Below, piece after piece: positions 63,961 to 64,000 of a DNA stretch of 64,000 nt. Source of the stretch: Tubiluchus corallicola. Lineage: Eukaryota > Animalia > Priapulida. The translations under genes and the position numbers were made by a program. The stretch covers positions 124,001 to 188,000 of the forward strand of contig JAQGDQ010000065.1 of assembly GCA_030141605.1 (NCBI GenBank), read 5' to 3'. How positions within the stretch are numbered: position 1 is the stretch's first letter; each line of letters starts with the position of its first letter. Under the pieces are notes generated by a model. It saw nothing but the letters and a program-made list of their open reading frames with translations, had not been told where the DNA came from and did not search any database.

Positions 63961-64000
63961 AGCTGCATATTGCATTTGTATTGATATTTACTTCAGTGGA

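Overview
AT-rich eukaryotic (invertebrate animal) DNA with spliceosomal GT-AG introns; I see no prokaryotic-type system such as CRISPR or operons. I assembled six host genes by hand: a 5'-truncated NT5DC3-like HAD nucleotidase (+); a complete 3-exon BLOC1S5/Muted gene nested antisense in one of its introns; an adducin with an uninterrupted CDS (+) lying tail-to-tail with an equally intron-free SLC15A4-like transporter (-); KMT5A/SETD8/PR-Set7 (+, 7 coding exons); and NLE1/Notchless (-, 10 coding exons). Between them are many transposon relics: Tigger/Tc1-type, MULE/Merlin-type, piggyBac-type and hAT-like non-autonomous elements, a tRNA-derived SINE, and a layered Gypsy/LINE/PHD-CR1-like cluster at 31.9-42 kb. 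I found no demonstrably new biological system. The best leads are the nested antisense gene, the intronless gene pair, a MITE carrying CLEAR/YY1 motifs at the adducin promoter, and orphan exon-like fragments upstream of SETD8. Homology calls come from motif recognition and recalled sequences, not database searches.
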